IMG/VR virus record: IMGVR_UViG_3300032224_000591 | Coordinates: 1-64,000 of that record | Strand: one strand, 5' to 3' | From: a virus | Length of the DNA stretch: 64,000 bases | Shown here: in pieces, positions 34,827 to 46,017 of the stretch | Numbering within the stretch: the first letter of the stretch is position 1 | Layout of the letters: every line of letters starts with the position of its first letter | The notes under the pieces: model-generated | What the model was told of the DNA's origin: nothing | Databases searched by the model: none | What the model saw: only the letters and a program-made list of their open reading frames with translations | Made by a program: the position numbers and the translations under genes

Positions 34827-36545
34827 ATGGCTATTGGTAAAGACACAATATCAAGCGGTTTAGGTAAAGTAACTGGCTTAGGCGGTGTACAAGGTGAAGA
34901 CCTTGAAGCACCTGCATCAACTAAAGGCAACAAAGGTGCGTCTACGCCTACTACAGACGCACCTAATCCAGGCCATATCCAGGATAATGGTAAAAAGCCT
35001 CCTACTAGCAGTGCGGCTGATATTCTTAAAGCAGCAAGCCAAGGAAAATATGGTCAATCGCCGGTAGGTGTTAAGAAGCCTAGAGAAGAATTAAAGAAAG
35101 ACGATAACGCTGTCAAGAGCGTTAAGGATAAACACACTGAAGATAATAAGGGCAAACCGACAGAGCCTAAGAATCCTACAGCAGGCGCATCAGTAGCAGC
35201 TAAAATTCATGATGCTTTGATGGAGGTTGATCCTGGTCAGATCGCTGCACCATTAAAGATGGCGCTGCAGTCTATGAATATGATACGTATGATGGATAGT
35301 ATGACGTCGCCCGCTGGTATTCTAGCAATGGCATCAGGCGGTATTGGCGGCGCACTCGGCGGATTAGCTGGGGCTGTTGGTCTGGGTGGTGTACAGAATG
35401 CTCTTAATGGTGCAATGGGTGGATTAAGTGCAATTGCTGGCGTAACAAGTACTATGCAGAATGCGCTTCAAGGCGGTATGATGGGTATGATTAGTGGTGC
35501 AGCACAAGGTGTGTTTCATCCGGCAGAGCTTGCGCAGACTATTGAGTCTGCATCTATCCTTCACACGGCCATGAATGAGATTGCAAGCGGTAGTCCATAC
35601 GCTATCGATGCTGTAGCACAGTTTGGTGGTCCAGCATTTGGCCTGACACCTGGTTCACTTGAGGCAAAGATTGCTCTACTCGGTCCTGGTGGACGGATGA
35701 CTCATACTCAGATAATCAACGGTGTGCGAGTTAATACGTATATTCAGACTTCATCTATTCCAATGAATAATTGGAATATGCCAAAGCTGAATGGGTTAGA
35801 ACATGTTGCAATTGCAGCAGGCGCTGTAAGTGATATTGCCGGCTCATTATCAAATTTGATGGGTGTTAATAATCCAATCGGTGATGCTTTAGGCCAAGCA
35901 GCTGATCTTCTTGGTGACGTATCTGATGTTGCGGGTATTGCCGGTAGTGTTGGTCACATTGGCGGTATGGTTGGTGGTCTAATGCAAGGTGGTCCAGCAA
36001 GTATTGCTGGTGGTTTAGCACTAGCATCGACCGCTACAAATGTCATTGGTGGTGTAGCCAATGCTTTAAGCGCCGGCGGATTAGCTGGTGCTCTAAGTGG
36101 TGGTATCGGAGGCATTATTGACGGTGGTTTGAATAAGATTCTCGGCGGCCCGCTTGGTGGATTAATGGATATGGCCGGTAGTTTAATACCTAGTGTCGGT
36201 GGGTCTATTATGGATATTGTTAAAAAAGAAGTACCGGGTATTGCAGCAATTGGTGGTAAGATGCCTAAGCTAGGTGAGACGATGACCGATTCTGTAAAGG
36301 TACTAGCGCTTAGTAAAAAGGGAGCTGACGCCGCACGCAATATATTCGAAGCACCACAAGCTGCGGCCATTGGCGAGATGGTTGGTATGACTGCTGGTCT
36401 TGCTGCCGCAGTAGGTTCGTTTAAAGCTATTACACCATTTGGTGATGTTATTCACTCTGTTGCTGCTGGTGCTGCTATCGGTGCTGTTGCTGGTTCAGCT
36501 ATTGGATCGGTTGCGCAGGGTCTTGGTTCTATTCTTAGGGGTTAA
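34827..36545 (+). CDS. Gly/Ala/Met-rich protein within the gp5 locus
   Basis: 572-aa ORF with long glycine-zipper-like hydrophobic tracts; no lysozyme motif recognised. Confidence 0.7.
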   Translation: MAIGKDTISSGLGKVTGLGGVQGEDLEAPASTKGNKGASTPTTDAPNPGHIQDNGKKPPTSSAADILKAASQGKYGQSPVGVKKPREELKKDDNAVKSVKDKHTEDNKGKPTEPKNPTAGASVAAKIHDALMEVDPGQIAAPLKMALQSMNMIRMMDSMTSPAGILAMASGGIGGALGGLAGAVGLGGVQNALNGAMGGLSAIAGVTSTMQNALQGGMMGMISGAAQGVFHPAELAQTIESASILHTAMNEIASGSPYAIDAVAQFGGPAFGLTPGSLEAKIALLGPGGRMTHTQIINGVRVNTYIQTSSIPMNNWNMPKLNGLEHVAIAAGAVSDIAGSLSNLMGVNNPIGDALGQAADLLGDVSDVAGIAGSVGHIGGMVGGLMQGGPASIAGGLALASTATNVIGGVANALSAGGLAGALSGGIGGIIDGGLNKILGGPLGGLMDMAGSLIPSVGGSIMDIVKKEVPGIAAIGGKMPKLGETMTDSVKVLALSKKGADAARNIFEAPQAAAIGEMVGMTAGLAAAVGSFKAITPFGDVIHSVAAGAAIGAVAGSAIGSVAQGLGSILRG

Positions 36546-36548
36546 AAC

Positions 36549-37271
36549 ATGGCAAAGCCACCAAATAATCGATTTCCTGATCATCCACCTACACCGAAAC
36601 AATACCTAAGTCACGTGACAACACGTGTTGATGGAAGCTATCGTGCGCACTCAATCGATCCTAGTAATCGAATGAGAACAGTTGGATTCCTAACAGCAGC
36701 GGGTGTATTTTTAGCACATGTTATTGATGCAGCGGGGCATCAGAGTGCAGCTACACCCGGTGGTACAAAGCGATTCTCTCAGAGCGATACTAAGACCACT
36801 ACTAATCATGCTGACGCATCAGCCGGTGGCGGTAAGAGTGATAAGACGGCGGGTGGTGGTGATACGCAGCATGGTGGTGATAAGACAGACTCTGTAAAGG
36901 GTGCCAAATTAGCTGCATCAAAGCAATCTGCAAAGAACTTTGCTTCAGGTGGCAACGGTCGCCATGTAATGAAGGGTGATCAATCTAATGTCGTTGAAGA
37001 AGGCGGCATGCACTTTGACATTTCAAAGGGATATACACTTACTACTAAAGATGGATCAGTAGCATTAAAAAGCACCGGTGGTGACATCAATGTTTCTGCA
37101 CCAGCAGGTAACTATGCTATTACAACTGCCGGTAATCAGACGCACATTGCATCTGATGATATGATATTTTCTAGTACAACACGAATAATTTTACAGGTTG
37201 GTGCATCGTATATTGAGATTACACCAAGCAAGATCACTATTAAATCTGCTAAGGTTGATATTAACCCATGA
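36549..37271 (+). CDS. gp5 C-terminal spike (beta-helix) protein
   Basis: Short periodic beta repeats; ILQVGASYIEITPSKITIKSAKVDIN C-terminus typical of gp5/VgrG; precedes PAAR. Confidence 0.7.
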   Translation: MAKPPNNRFPDHPPTPKQYLSHVTTRVDGSYRAHSIDPSNRMRTVGFLTAAGVFLAHVIDAAGHQSAATPGGTKRFSQSDTKTTTNHADASAGGGKSDKTAGGGDTQHGGDKTDSVKGAKLAASKQSAKNFASGGNGRHVMKGDQSNVVEEGGMHFDISKGYTLTTKDGSVALKSTGGDINVSAPAGNYAITTAGNQTHIASDDMIFSSTTRIILQVGASYIEITPSKITIKSAKVDINP

Positions 37272-37480
37272 GCCACAAGTTTACCATTCTAAAAGATGGC
37301 GTTCTTATAGACTACGATAAATATGAAGATATACCTGATTCTTTTGAACACGTAATTGCATTTCTACCTGAGATTCCTGATGGTCCACATACTGAGGATC
37401 AACATGATGAGATTGAGCAATGGAATGATAAACTTCAAGCATTAATGAAGAAGGAACGAGAGAATGCCAGCAGTAACTAG
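37268..37480 (+). CDS. conserved small protein between gp5 and PAAR
   Basis: YEDIPDSFEHVIAFLPEIPDGPHTEDQH motif. Confidence 0.7.
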   Translation: MSHKFTILKDGVLIDYDKYEDIPDSFEHVIAFLPEIPDGPHTEDQHDEIEQWNDKLQALMKKERENASSN

Positions 37481-37754
37481 AAAAGGTGATGCTGATGTTT
37501 CTCACTGTAGTGGTATGACTAGAGATGGTTGTTCACCAGATGTTTATGTGAATGGTATTGCAGTTAGTAGACAGGGTGATAATAATACATCTCATCTATT
37601 ACCTGGAGCACCATGTCCTTCCCATGCAGCGCCAATAGATACTGGTTCATCGACAGTGTTTGTTAATGGTAAGGGTATTGGAAGAGTTGGAGATGCATTA
37701 AGTGGCTGCACATCAGTTGCAGCTGGTTCACCAAACGTATTTGCAGGCGGGTAA
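37464..37754 (+). CDS. 5.4: PAAR spike-tip protein (gp5.4)
   Basis: MPAVTRKGD, SPDVYVNG, GSSTVFVNGKGIGRVGD and GSPNVFAG motifs. Confidence 0.92.
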   Translation: MPAVTRKGDADVSHCSGMTRDGCSPDVYVNGIAVSRQGDNNTSHLLPGAPCPSHAAPIDTGSSTVFVNGKGIGRVGDALSGCTSVAAGSPNVFAGG

Positions 37755-37755
37755 C

Positions 37756-38178
37756 ATGGTTAGCAGAGCAGACAGTATCGGACAACTATATTATAAGGCA
37801 GATACTTACTCTGACTTCTCAAACGCATTTACTAAACATCCGATCACTAAAGAACTTATCACATTAAAGAATGAAGACTCCGTCAGACAGTCGGTAAAGA
37901 ACCTGATCATGACCGGTGTTGGAGAGAGATTCTTCGATCCATTCTTTGGGTCAAATGTTAATCAGTGTTTGTTTGAGAACTTTGGCCCATTTACCGCCGA
38001 GGACATTGTCAAGTATATTAATAAGTCCGTCAGACTATATGAGCCTCGTGTCGATCAGATGATGGTTACACCCCTTAACGATCCTGATCGAAACGGGCTT
38101 GCTATTAACATTGTTTTCACACTAATAAATAAGCCAGATCCGGTTCAACTAAGCATCTTCTTAAAAAGAGTCAGGTAA
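37756..38178 (+). CDS. 25: baseplate wedge gp25
   Basis: YSDF, SVKNLIMT..GERFFDP.FGS and YEPRV motifs. Confidence 0.9.
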   Translation: MVSRADSIGQLYYKADTYSDFSNAFTKHPITKELITLKNEDSVRQSVKNLIMTGVGERFFDPFFGSNVNQCLFENFGPFTAEDIVKYINKSVRLYEPRVDQMMVTPLNDPDRNGLAINIVFTLINKPDPVQLSIFLKRVR

Positions 38179-40011
38179 ATGGCAGCCAATACATCACTAT
38201 CACTGACATCACTAGATTTTGATACCTTAAAGGCAGACTTTAAGAGCTTCCTGACGTCTCAAGCTAAATTCAAAGATTTTAACTTTGAAGGTTCGAACAT
38301 GAACGTCCTTCTGGACGTTATGTCGTACAATACGTATCTAAACTCTTTCTACCTTAATATGGTAGCATCTGAGATGTTCCTGGATACAGCACAGAAGTAT
38401 GATTCAGTTGTATCACACGCCAAAGAGTTGAACTATCTTCCAAAGTCTGCAAAGTCATCACTAGCTACAGTTTCATTTTCTGCTGCTACTATCGGTATTG
38501 CATCACCATTTGCCATCCCCAAGGGAACTACATTCAGTGGTACTAACTCGAATGGTGTATTCACATTCTCAACAAATCAGCTTCATAATTATACCTCAGC
38601 TAATTCTACCTATACTGTAGAAAGTCTAAATCTATACGAGGGTGTATATACAACTGATGTTTTCATTGTTGACTACACTGTAGAGACACAAAAATATCTG
38701 CTAACAAATCAATATATCGATATTGACAGTTTGACCGTAACGGTAACTGAAGGAAGCAGCAACACCACTTTCACGCGTGTTCAAACTCTATTTGGTCTAA
38801 ATGAACTTTCTAGTGTATACTTCCTACAAGCTGCGCAAAATGGCGCATATGAAATAGTGTTTGGTGACGGACTATTTGGTCGTAAGCCTAATAATCTATC
38901 AGTCGTGTCAGTTGAGTATCGTGTTTGTAGTGGTCCATCGGCAGACGGCATTGACTCATTCCTGTGTACTATGGATCTTGGTGCACTAAACGGTGGCACT
39001 GCGGCCATATCAACACCTACCGCTACCGCTATTTCAGCCGGTGGTGCTGACCCAGAAAATATTGAATCTATCAGATTCTCTGCACCACGTTATTTTGCTA
39101 CACAGCAAAGAGCTTTAGCTTCGGATGATTATTCTGCCCTTGTTCTAGATAATTACGGTGGACAGATTGATGCTGTAAGTGTCTATGGTGGTGAAACGCT
39201 TGAGCCTAAACAGTATGGTCGCGTAGTTGTTGCACTAAAGCCAACAGGCGGTATCATTGCTCCTAACTATCTGAAGGATGACATTGCTAAGTACCTTAAA
39301 GATTACACAAGTTTACCTACACGCATTATTATCGCAGATCCTGAATATTTCTATCTAGGTATCGATACTAAAGTACAGTATGAAAAAGCAGCAACCACTA
39401 AATTAGTCAATGAGCTTCAAAGCTTATTAGTCAACTCTATTAATACATGGGGTCTAACAAATCTAGGACAGTTTGGTTCTGACTTCAGATACAGTAAATT
39501 TGTGGCAGCTATTGATGCTGTTGACACAAGTATCACAAGCAATAATACCGATGTCTATATTACAAAAAGACTTTCACCATTATTAAACTATGCAACAGGA
39601 TTTAAGATTGCATTTAACAATGCAGCTAATTCCGAAGGTGAGTCGCCTGGATATGTAAAAAATACACCTATGCACGATGAGCCCGTTTTGACATCTACTA
39701 ATTTTTCATACATGGATGTAGATGGCAATGTCTATGATAACTGCTATTTCAGAGATGACAACGTTGGTGGTATTATCATCTACTCGATGATAAATGGTGC
39801 ATTTACTATGATTAATAGCTTAGCTGGAACTATCGAGTATGATACTGGCCTAGTATCACTTCAGAAGTTTATAACTACTAACTATGATCAATACATAACA
39901 CTCAAATATCGTCCCTTAAATAAAGATGTTATCATCGGACAAAATGCAATTGCACTAATCGATATTAGTAGCCCTGACGTTACAGTTGCTGTTATAGAGA
40001 CATTAAAATAA
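38179..40011 (+). CDS. 6: baseplate wedge gp6
   Basis: LDFDTLK, DFNFEGSNM..LLDV, EMFLDTA, FGDG..GRKP and QQRA motifs. Confidence 0.93.
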   Translation: MAANTSLSLTSLDFDTLKADFKSFLTSQAKFKDFNFEGSNMNVLLDVMSYNTYLNSFYLNMVASEMFLDTAQKYDSVVSHAKELNYLPKSAKSSLATVSFSAATIGIASPFAIPKGTTFSGTNSNGVFTFSTNQLHNYTSANSTYTVESLNLYEGVYTTDVFIVDYTVETQKYLLTNQYIDIDSLTVTVTEGSSNTTFTRVQTLFGLNELSSVYFLQAAQNGAYEIVFGDGLFGRKPNNLSVVSVEYRVCSGPSADGIDSFLCTMDLGALNGGTAAISTPTATAISAGGADPENIESIRFSAPRYFATQQRALASDDYSALVLDNYGGQIDAVSVYGGETLEPKQYGRVVVALKPTGGIIAPNYLKDDIAKYLKDYTSLPTRIIIADPEYFYLGIDTKVQYEKAATTKLVNELQSLLVNSINTWGLTNLGQFGSDFRYSKFVAAIDAVDTSITSNNTDVYITKRLSPLLNYATGFKIAFNNAANSEGESPGYVKNTPMHDEPVLTSTNFSYMDVDGNVYDNCYFRDDNVGGIIIYSMINGAFTMINSLAGTIEYDTGLVSLQKFITTNYDQYITLKYRPLNKDVIIGQNAIALIDISSPDVTVAVIETLK

Positions 40012-42257
40012 TGGACTTTTCAGTAGAAAAGAAGATCTCTAATTTTATTGAGTCGCAGTTCCCTCAATTCTATCTGGATGAGGGCGAGAATTTTATTGCT
40101 TTCACTAAAGCCTATTATGAGTGGATGGAGACAGAGGGTGGCGCCATATATGGTGCAAGAAATATCTTCGAGTTCAGGGATATTGATAGAACACCTGACA
40201 CTATGCCATGGAACGAAGCCAGTCTTAATGGCTTTCTAGAACATTTTCAGCGTAAGTATCTCTATAGTATCCCATTTAATACGATCATCAATAAGCGCTT
40301 TCTTCTAAAGCATATCCTTGATGTCTATCGTTCTAAAGGAACTATCAGCTGTTATAAGCTTCTATTCCGCCTCATCTATAATGAGGATGTTGATATTTAC
40401 CTACCAGGTGTTAACATTTTACGCCTGTCTGATGGTAAGTGGAATGAGCCACGTTATCTAGAAGTCTCTGATAGTACACTTAACGCAAGTTTTGTAGGTA
40501 AGAAGATTCTGGGCATTGGTTCTGGTACTACAGCAATTATCGAGAGCTATAGCCGCGCGCCGATCAATGAGCAGATTATTGGCACATTCCAGCTTAGTAA
40601 TATATTACCTAAAGGCGGAAATTTCACTAAGGGTGAAAAGCTAATCACTGTAGGCGATGAGAATAATGGTATATTAATTAGTGCTGCTCCCGTCGTTATT
40701 GGTTCACTAGAGACGTTATCCATTATCAACGGTGGGCAGGATTATAAAGTCGGCGACGTTGTTAAGATTGCGCATCTATCATTGACTGGAAATGGTGCAG
40801 CTATTTCTTACGGTATTGATGGATCATTGCGTGTTACTGAGACAACAACTGCAAGCGGTGCAATACATTATGAAATACTAAATCGTGGATTTGGTGTTAC
40901 TGCAAACTCATTAATCTTTCAATATAAGACTTCAGCAAATGGTACGGGTGCAGCATTTGCGCTTGGACCACTAGCATACACAGTCCCAATTACGTACAAT
41001 ACCGATAATATTGCAGACTATCTTGATAAGGCTCTAAATACAACAGCATATGGATTTCCTGGTGCACCTACTGCAAATGCTACAACCGGTACTGTTGGTA
41101 GTGCATTAACATTTGCTACCCAGACTTTTGGGTCTATCTCAACACTGACTAATATGTTTGGTGGAAATGCCTATACCTCAAATCTAAATATTATTATACG
41201 TAGCACTCAGGATGTGACGAATGCTCATTCTGGCAACATCACATATAGTAGCACATCAAATACAATAACTGGTGTTGGAACTAGTTTTGAACGCTACTTT
41301 ACAGCCAATAGTGTTGTCTTACTGCAAGCTAATAGCTCGAATAATAATTCTAAAGAGTATGCTGTCATTAAGACTGTGACAAGTAATACGTCGATGATAT
41401 TATACGGACCACCATCATATAATTCAGTAGCTAATTTAGCATTGCATCGGGTTTCACCGGTTATTCTACCATCAAATTTTGCGCAGTATGAAACGACTGT
41501 GTCAACAAATGACGGTACGTATGCTGGAATTAACTCACAAATTCTAGCATCTCCTGTGACAGGTAGCGGCGTTATTTCTGGTTTAAGCTCAGTAAATTCT
41601 GGTAAAGGATACGTTGATCAAGAGGTTGTCGAGGCATATCTTTATGCTGGTCTAGCGGCTATTAGAATTGAGGATGGCGGTACAGCATATTCGAACGGTG
41701 ATATGATTGTGTTTGCAGGTGTGACTACCGGTACGCGTGCCTCTGGTTATGTAACAACATATGCAAATGGAACAATTATCGCTGCAACTATGACGACATC
41801 CGGATCTGGTTATACCGGTGCACCTCGATTAACAGTAAGATCTATCAATGGTAAAGGCGCTATATTAACAACAAGCGTTACTGAATTTAATGAAGCTAGT
41901 AAGATTACCGGTAGGGTAATCAAGGGCGGACTTGGTAAGACGGCCGGTTTCTGGAGTACAGATGACGGCTTCTTAGATGCGAATAAATACATTCAAGATA
42001 GCTATTTTTATCAGGATTTCTCATACCAAATTAAGACTGCAGCCACTCTTGATAAGTATAAGAACCTTCTGTATGACACATTTCACACCGCAGGTGCTCA
42101 ATTATTTGGTGAATTTAATAAAACAATGGTTGAGTCTGTCACAGCAACTATCGATACTGAATCAACAGCTGCATCGTATCTGAGCTTAATCTTTATTACT
42201 ACTGATACGAATACTATCAAGACTGATTCGAACTTCTACACGGCTGACCAACTCTAA
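40011..42257 (+). CDS. 7: baseplate wedge initiator gp7-like
   Basis: IESQFP, YRSKGT..LLFRLIY, IQDSYFYQDFSY and HTAG motifs. Confidence 0.8.
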   Translation: MDFSVEKKISNFIESQFPQFYLDEGENFIAFTKAYYEWMETEGGAIYGARNIFEFRDIDRTPDTMPWNEASLNGFLEHFQRKYLYSIPFNTIINKRFLLKHILDVYRSKGTISCYKLLFRLIYNEDVDIYLPGVNILRLSDGKWNEPRYLEVSDSTLNASFVGKKILGIGSGTTAIIESYSRAPINEQIIGTFQLSNILPKGGNFTKGEKLITVGDENNGILISAAPVVIGSLETLSIINGGQDYKVGDVVKIAHLSLTGNGAAISYGIDGSLRVTETTTASGAIHYEILNRGFGVTANSLIFQYKTSANGTGAAFALGPLAYTVPITYNTDNIADYLDKALNTTAYGFPGAPTANATTGTVGSALTFATQTFGSISTLTNMFGGNAYTSNLNIIIRSTQDVTNAHSGNITYSSTSNTITGVGTSFERYFTANSVVLLQANSSNNNSKEYAVIKTVTSNTSMILYGPPSYNSVANLALHRVSPVILPSNFAQYETTVSTNDGTYAGINSQILASPVTGSGVISGLSSVNSGKGYVDQEVVEAYLYAGLAAIRIEDGGTAYSNGDMIVFAGVTTGTRASGYVTTYANGTIIAATMTTSGSGYTGAPRLTVRSINGKGAILTTSVTEFNEASKITGRVIKGGLGKTAGFWSTDDGFLDANKYIQDSYFYQDFSYQIKTAATLDKYKNLLYDTFHTAGAQLFGEFNKTMVESVTATIDTESTAASYLSLIFITTDTNTIKTDSNFYTADQL

Positions 42258-42269
42258 GGAATATAGGCA

Positions 42270-44432
42270 GTGGCACAACAAAATATTCTCGTAGGAACGA
42301 CTGTTAATGATGGTACCGGCGACCCACTACGCACGGCCTTCGTCAAGACACAGAATAATTTCTCTGACCTATACACTAACTATGTTTCAAATGCTCAGCT
42401 GATTGCAAACCTTGGCAATTATGTAACTACTAGTTCACTTTCTGGCAATATCGCCCTCTATTCTTCTAACAACTCATCATATCTTGGTGGTGTTGCTGCA
42501 GCATCTTATCAACTTAATTCTACACTAAATGCTAATATCTCCAGTTATCTACCATCATATGCTGGTGCTCTAAATGCTACATCTATTTCAATTGGTTCAA
42601 ATGTTACGGTTAATACGAGTGGTCTATATACCGGCAATTCGGTTGATCTGACGACTGGCGCCGGCGCAACAGTAGCTAATGACACAATCATCTTTATAGG
42701 CAATAACAGTTCGAACTCATATCTGACGACTGGAATGCTAAGTGTTAACGCGGTAACTATTGCAAACACCTCCGGTGTATACACAGGCACAGTTAACGCA
42801 GCATCTCATACAGTTGGCACCTCAACAATTGCTAACTCAACTGGTGTGTTTACTAGTATTGTAAATGGTGCGTCTATCACTGTAGGAACAACTGTTGTAG
42901 CCAACTCTACGGGTATTGTCACACCTACAGCTACAATTGGTACCTCAACAATTGCTAACTCAACTGGTGTCTATGCTGGTATAATCAATGCAACATCGCA
43001 TACAGTTGGTACCTCAACAATTGCCAACTCAACCGGTGTATATACCGGTGTAGTTAATGGTTCATCGATTACAGTCGGTACTAGCAGCATAATTAATGCT
43101 ACCGGTGTTTGGACTACCGGTGTAGTTAATGGTTCATCATATAGTATCGGTACACAGTTTGTTGCTAATACTGCTGGTGTGTATACCGGTCTAGTTAACA
43201 CTGCTGTTATCTCTATTGGTAACTCATCAGTAAACACATATATGAATAGCTCATCTATTAACATGTATGCTAATGCTGGTATGGTACCAACTCAACTGTA
43301 TATCTTTAACTCGACTATAGCTTCTACACCTTCGTATGTTCTAGCTACTGGTGTTGGCTCAATTGCAGTAACGGCTATAGCAAATGGAAGTCTTGGTACT
43401 GGCATCTATGCTTATGCACCTACCACAGGTAGTGTGGCCGGCCAGTTTGTTTCCGGTCCTTCAGGTAACGGCATTACTGCAACATCAACAAATGGTTATG
43501 GTGTATGGGCGCAGTCAAATGGATCTGCTATCTATGCTATAGCAGGTAATACATCAGCAAATATCGTAACATTAGCATCATCTGTTGGTGCTGTTATTAT
43601 GAACGTATTTGGTAATGGTAGTATTGGTTTTGGTAATACAGCACCTGTTGATCGTCTATCAGTTTCAGGTTCAATTTTCACATCTGGTTATGTTAACTCA
43701 TTCTCACACATCTCTGGTAGTTATGGTTCAGCGACTGGTGGTTCTATTCTAAACAGTACAATCCTTGCAGTTGGTAATAGCACTGTAAATGCCTACATTA
43801 ATACTACAGCGGTTTATTCTAGTTCAAATACCGGCATATACACAGCGGCTAATAGTTATATCTTCTTTAATAGTGGTCTTACAAACCGTGTTATAATTGA
43901 TAATATTGGTAGATTTGGTATTGGGACATTCCCATCACAACCACTTGATGTTAATGGTAATACCTACATCAGTGGTAATGCTCAAATTAATGGTATTGTC
44001 AATGCATCATCACTTACTGTTGGTACATCAGTCACTGCTAATGCAACTGGTGTATATACAACAGGTGTTGTAAACTCTGCCGGTATTTCTACAAGCGGCG
44101 TCTTCAACATTGCTTCTGCAAACGTCCTATCACAGGTTCTAGTTGATGGTACAACAGTCTCTTGGAATATTGCTCTTGGTCAGATTGCAACTATTACACT
44201 AGCTAACAATCGTACGATGGCTGCACCAACTAACTTAAAGGTTGGTAGCTATGTCTTATATGTTAAGCAGGATGCCGTTGGAACAAGACTTATGACATGG
44301 AACTCTGTATTTAAGTGGGCAAATGGTACTGCACCAACATTGACTACCAACGCAAACGCAACTGACGTATTAAGATTTGATTCTGATGGTACTAACTTAT
44401 ATGCCGGTTATAACACACTAAACGTTAAGTAG
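42270..44432 (+). CDS. gp9/gp10-like baseplate-attached fibre with internal repeats
   Basis: NDGTGDPLRTAFVK N-terminus; VGTSTIANSTGVY repeats; C-terminal domain shared with two other fibres. Confidence 0.7.
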   Translation: MAQQNILVGTTVNDGTGDPLRTAFVKTQNNFSDLYTNYVSNAQLIANLGNYVTTSSLSGNIALYSSNNSSYLGGVAAASYQLNSTLNANISSYLPSYAGALNATSISIGSNVTVNTSGLYTGNSVDLTTGAGATVANDTIIFIGNNSSNSYLTTGMLSVNAVTIANTSGVYTGTVNAASHTVGTSTIANSTGVFTSIVNGASITVGTTVVANSTGIVTPTATIGTSTIANSTGVYAGIINATSHTVGTSTIANSTGVYTGVVNGSSITVGTSSIINATGVWTTGVVNGSSYSIGTQFVANTAGVYTGLVNTAVISIGNSSVNTYMNSSSINMYANAGMVPTQLYIFNSTIASTPSYVLATGVGSIAVTAIANGSLGTGIYAYAPTTGSVAGQFVSGPSGNGITATSTNGYGVWAQSNGSAIYAIAGNTSANIVTLASSVGAVIMNVFGNGSIGFGNTAPVDRLSVSGSIFTSGYVNSFSHISGSYGSATGGSILNSTILAVGNSTVNAYINTTAVYSSSNTGIYTAANSYIFFNSGLTNRVIIDNIGRFGIGTFPSQPLDVNGNTYISGNAQINGIVNASSLTVGTSVTANATGVYTTGVVNSAGISTSGVFNIASANVLSQVLVDGTTVSWNIALGQIATITLANNRTMAAPTNLKVGSYVLYVKQDAVGTRLMTWNSVFKWANGTAPTLTTNANATDVLRFDSDGTNLYAGYNTLNVK

Positions 44433-44443
44433 GAAAGCATTTA

Positions 44444-46009
44444 ATGGGAAAGTTATTACCAGGTTTTAGAAAAGCCTTAGTTGATGAGATTCAAAGTGGA
44501 ATTACTACTAACACTGCGCATTACTATGCGTTTGCCGCTTCGTATGTTCCAAACTCTGCTTGGGCCGCCATCTCTTCTTATGCATTACCACAAACTGCTG
44601 ATGATTATAGTGCAACATTTTCATCAGAATGGAAAATGCTCTTTGGTAAAAGAATTAATGCTAATAACATTTTTGCTATGGCAACAAGATATGATTGGGC
44701 AGCAAATACAGTCTATCAATTCTATGATGATAGGATGGATCTAAGTAATTCAAGCTTTTATGTTGTTACATCTCCAGTATCCGGATCCGGATACTTCCAA
44801 GTATATAAATGTATTGATGCTCCGGCAAATGGTGCACCTTCAACTATTCAACCAGACCTAGTACAGTCATTAAGTTTTACTAAATCAGATGGTTATACTT
44901 GGAGATATATTACATCTATTGATTATGTTACATTTGGTAAATATGCAACTACTAAGTATTTTCCAATTACATCTAATACCACAACTCAAGCAGCAGCAAA
45001 TAACTATACCAGCGTTGAGAAGGTTATTGTAACACAGGGTGGAAGTGGGTATCAAACATATCATACTGGCACTATCTCATCTGTGCCAGATCCTTATACT
45101 ATTCAAGTCTCAAGTAATGCTGCAGCTATTGACAATTATTATACTAATAATAGTATCTATATCTATGATAATGGTACTGCACAATTAAGAAATATTACAT
45201 CTTATCGTTCAACTCTTGGTGTAGGTAACTTTATCACTGTAGATACGGCTGTTAATACACAACAGATCACTGCAGGTTCTACTTCCTATAGAATCTCACC
45301 TCAAGTATATTTCGATACTGATGCTACTTCAAAGCCTAAGGCTTACACAACAATTAATGCTGTATCAAACTCTATTCTGAGTGTAGTTATAGTTGAACCT
45401 GGTGCTGGTGCAAATTGGGCCAATGCTAAAATCATCAGTAATACTGCTTATGGTTCTGGTGCATCATTAAGGGCAATTGCTCCACCTCCAGGTGGTCATG
45501 CCTCCAATCCTACAACCGAGCTTCAAGCAGAAGGTATTGGTTTCTCATTTACCTTTGCTAACACAGAAACAAATAAGATTCCAGTTAACGTGTCCTATAA
45601 TAAGATTGGTATCATTAGAAACCCAAAGCTGCTTCTTCAGAATGGCACAGGTTCTGCTAATAATACCGGTTATTTGTATGGTAATACATTTAGCCAAGTA
45701 TTGATGGGAAATATTACCCCAACTGGCGTGGTTTTCACTGTTGGTGATACTATTAATGGCGCTAATTCTAAAGCAACCGGACAAGTGGTATTCTCAAATA
45801 GTACGGTTCTGTATCTAACTGGTGACAAATACTTTTCAAATAACGAGACTGTTGTGTCAAGTGATGGAACGAAGTCCACTGCACTGACTATAAATACGTA
45901 TGGAGACATCTTTGTTGATGACGTATATCCCCTATATGTACAAAACATTGACAATGTCACCCGCTCTAACACCCAGTCTGAGACTTTCAAACTGATCATA
46001 CAGGTTTAA
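44444..46009 (+). CDS. 8: baseplate wedge gp8
   Basis: RYDW....Y..YDD, VYKCID, DGYTWRY, PPGGH and R...Q.ETFKLII motifs. Confidence 0.8.
   Translation: MGKLLPGFRKALVDEIQSGITTNTAHYYAFAASYVPNSAWAAISSYALPQTADDYSATFSSEWKMLFGKRINANNIFAMATRYDWAANTVYQFYDDRMDLSNSSFYVVTSPVSGSGYFQVYKCIDAPANGAPSTIQPDLVQSLSFTKSDGYTWRYITSIDYVTFGKYATTKYFPITSNTTTQAAANNYTSVEKVIVTQGGSGYQTYHTGTISSVPDPYTIQVSSNAAAIDNYYTNNSIYIYDNGTAQLRNITSYRSTLGVGNFITVDTAVNTQQITAGSTSYRISPQVYFDTDATSKPKAYTTINAVSNSILSVVIVEPGAGANWANAKIISNTAYGSGASLRAIAPPPGGHASNPTTELQAEGIGFSFTFANTETNKIPVNVSYNKIGIIRNPKLLLQNGTGSANNTGYLYGNTFSQVLMGNITPTGVVFTVGDTINGANSKATGQVVFSNSTVLYLTGDKYFSNNETVVSSDGTKSTALTINTYGDIFVDDVYPLYVQNIDNVTRSNTQSETFKLIIQV
45889..45896 (+). promoter_or_regulatory. 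T4 late promoter TATAAATA; similar NATAAATA at 21843, 38124, 52498, 53852, 59223 (+) and 28639-28646 (-)
   Basis: Consensus sites shortly upstream of late gene starts. Confidence 0.6.
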
Positions 46010-46017
46010 GGATAGAC

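Noticed and set aside
34810-34830. -1 frameshift joining the gp5 OB domain to the next ORF
   Set aside because: The -1 frame is locally open, but CCA AAG GGA is not a canonical slippery heptamer and the downstream ATG has a usable AAGGGA RBS
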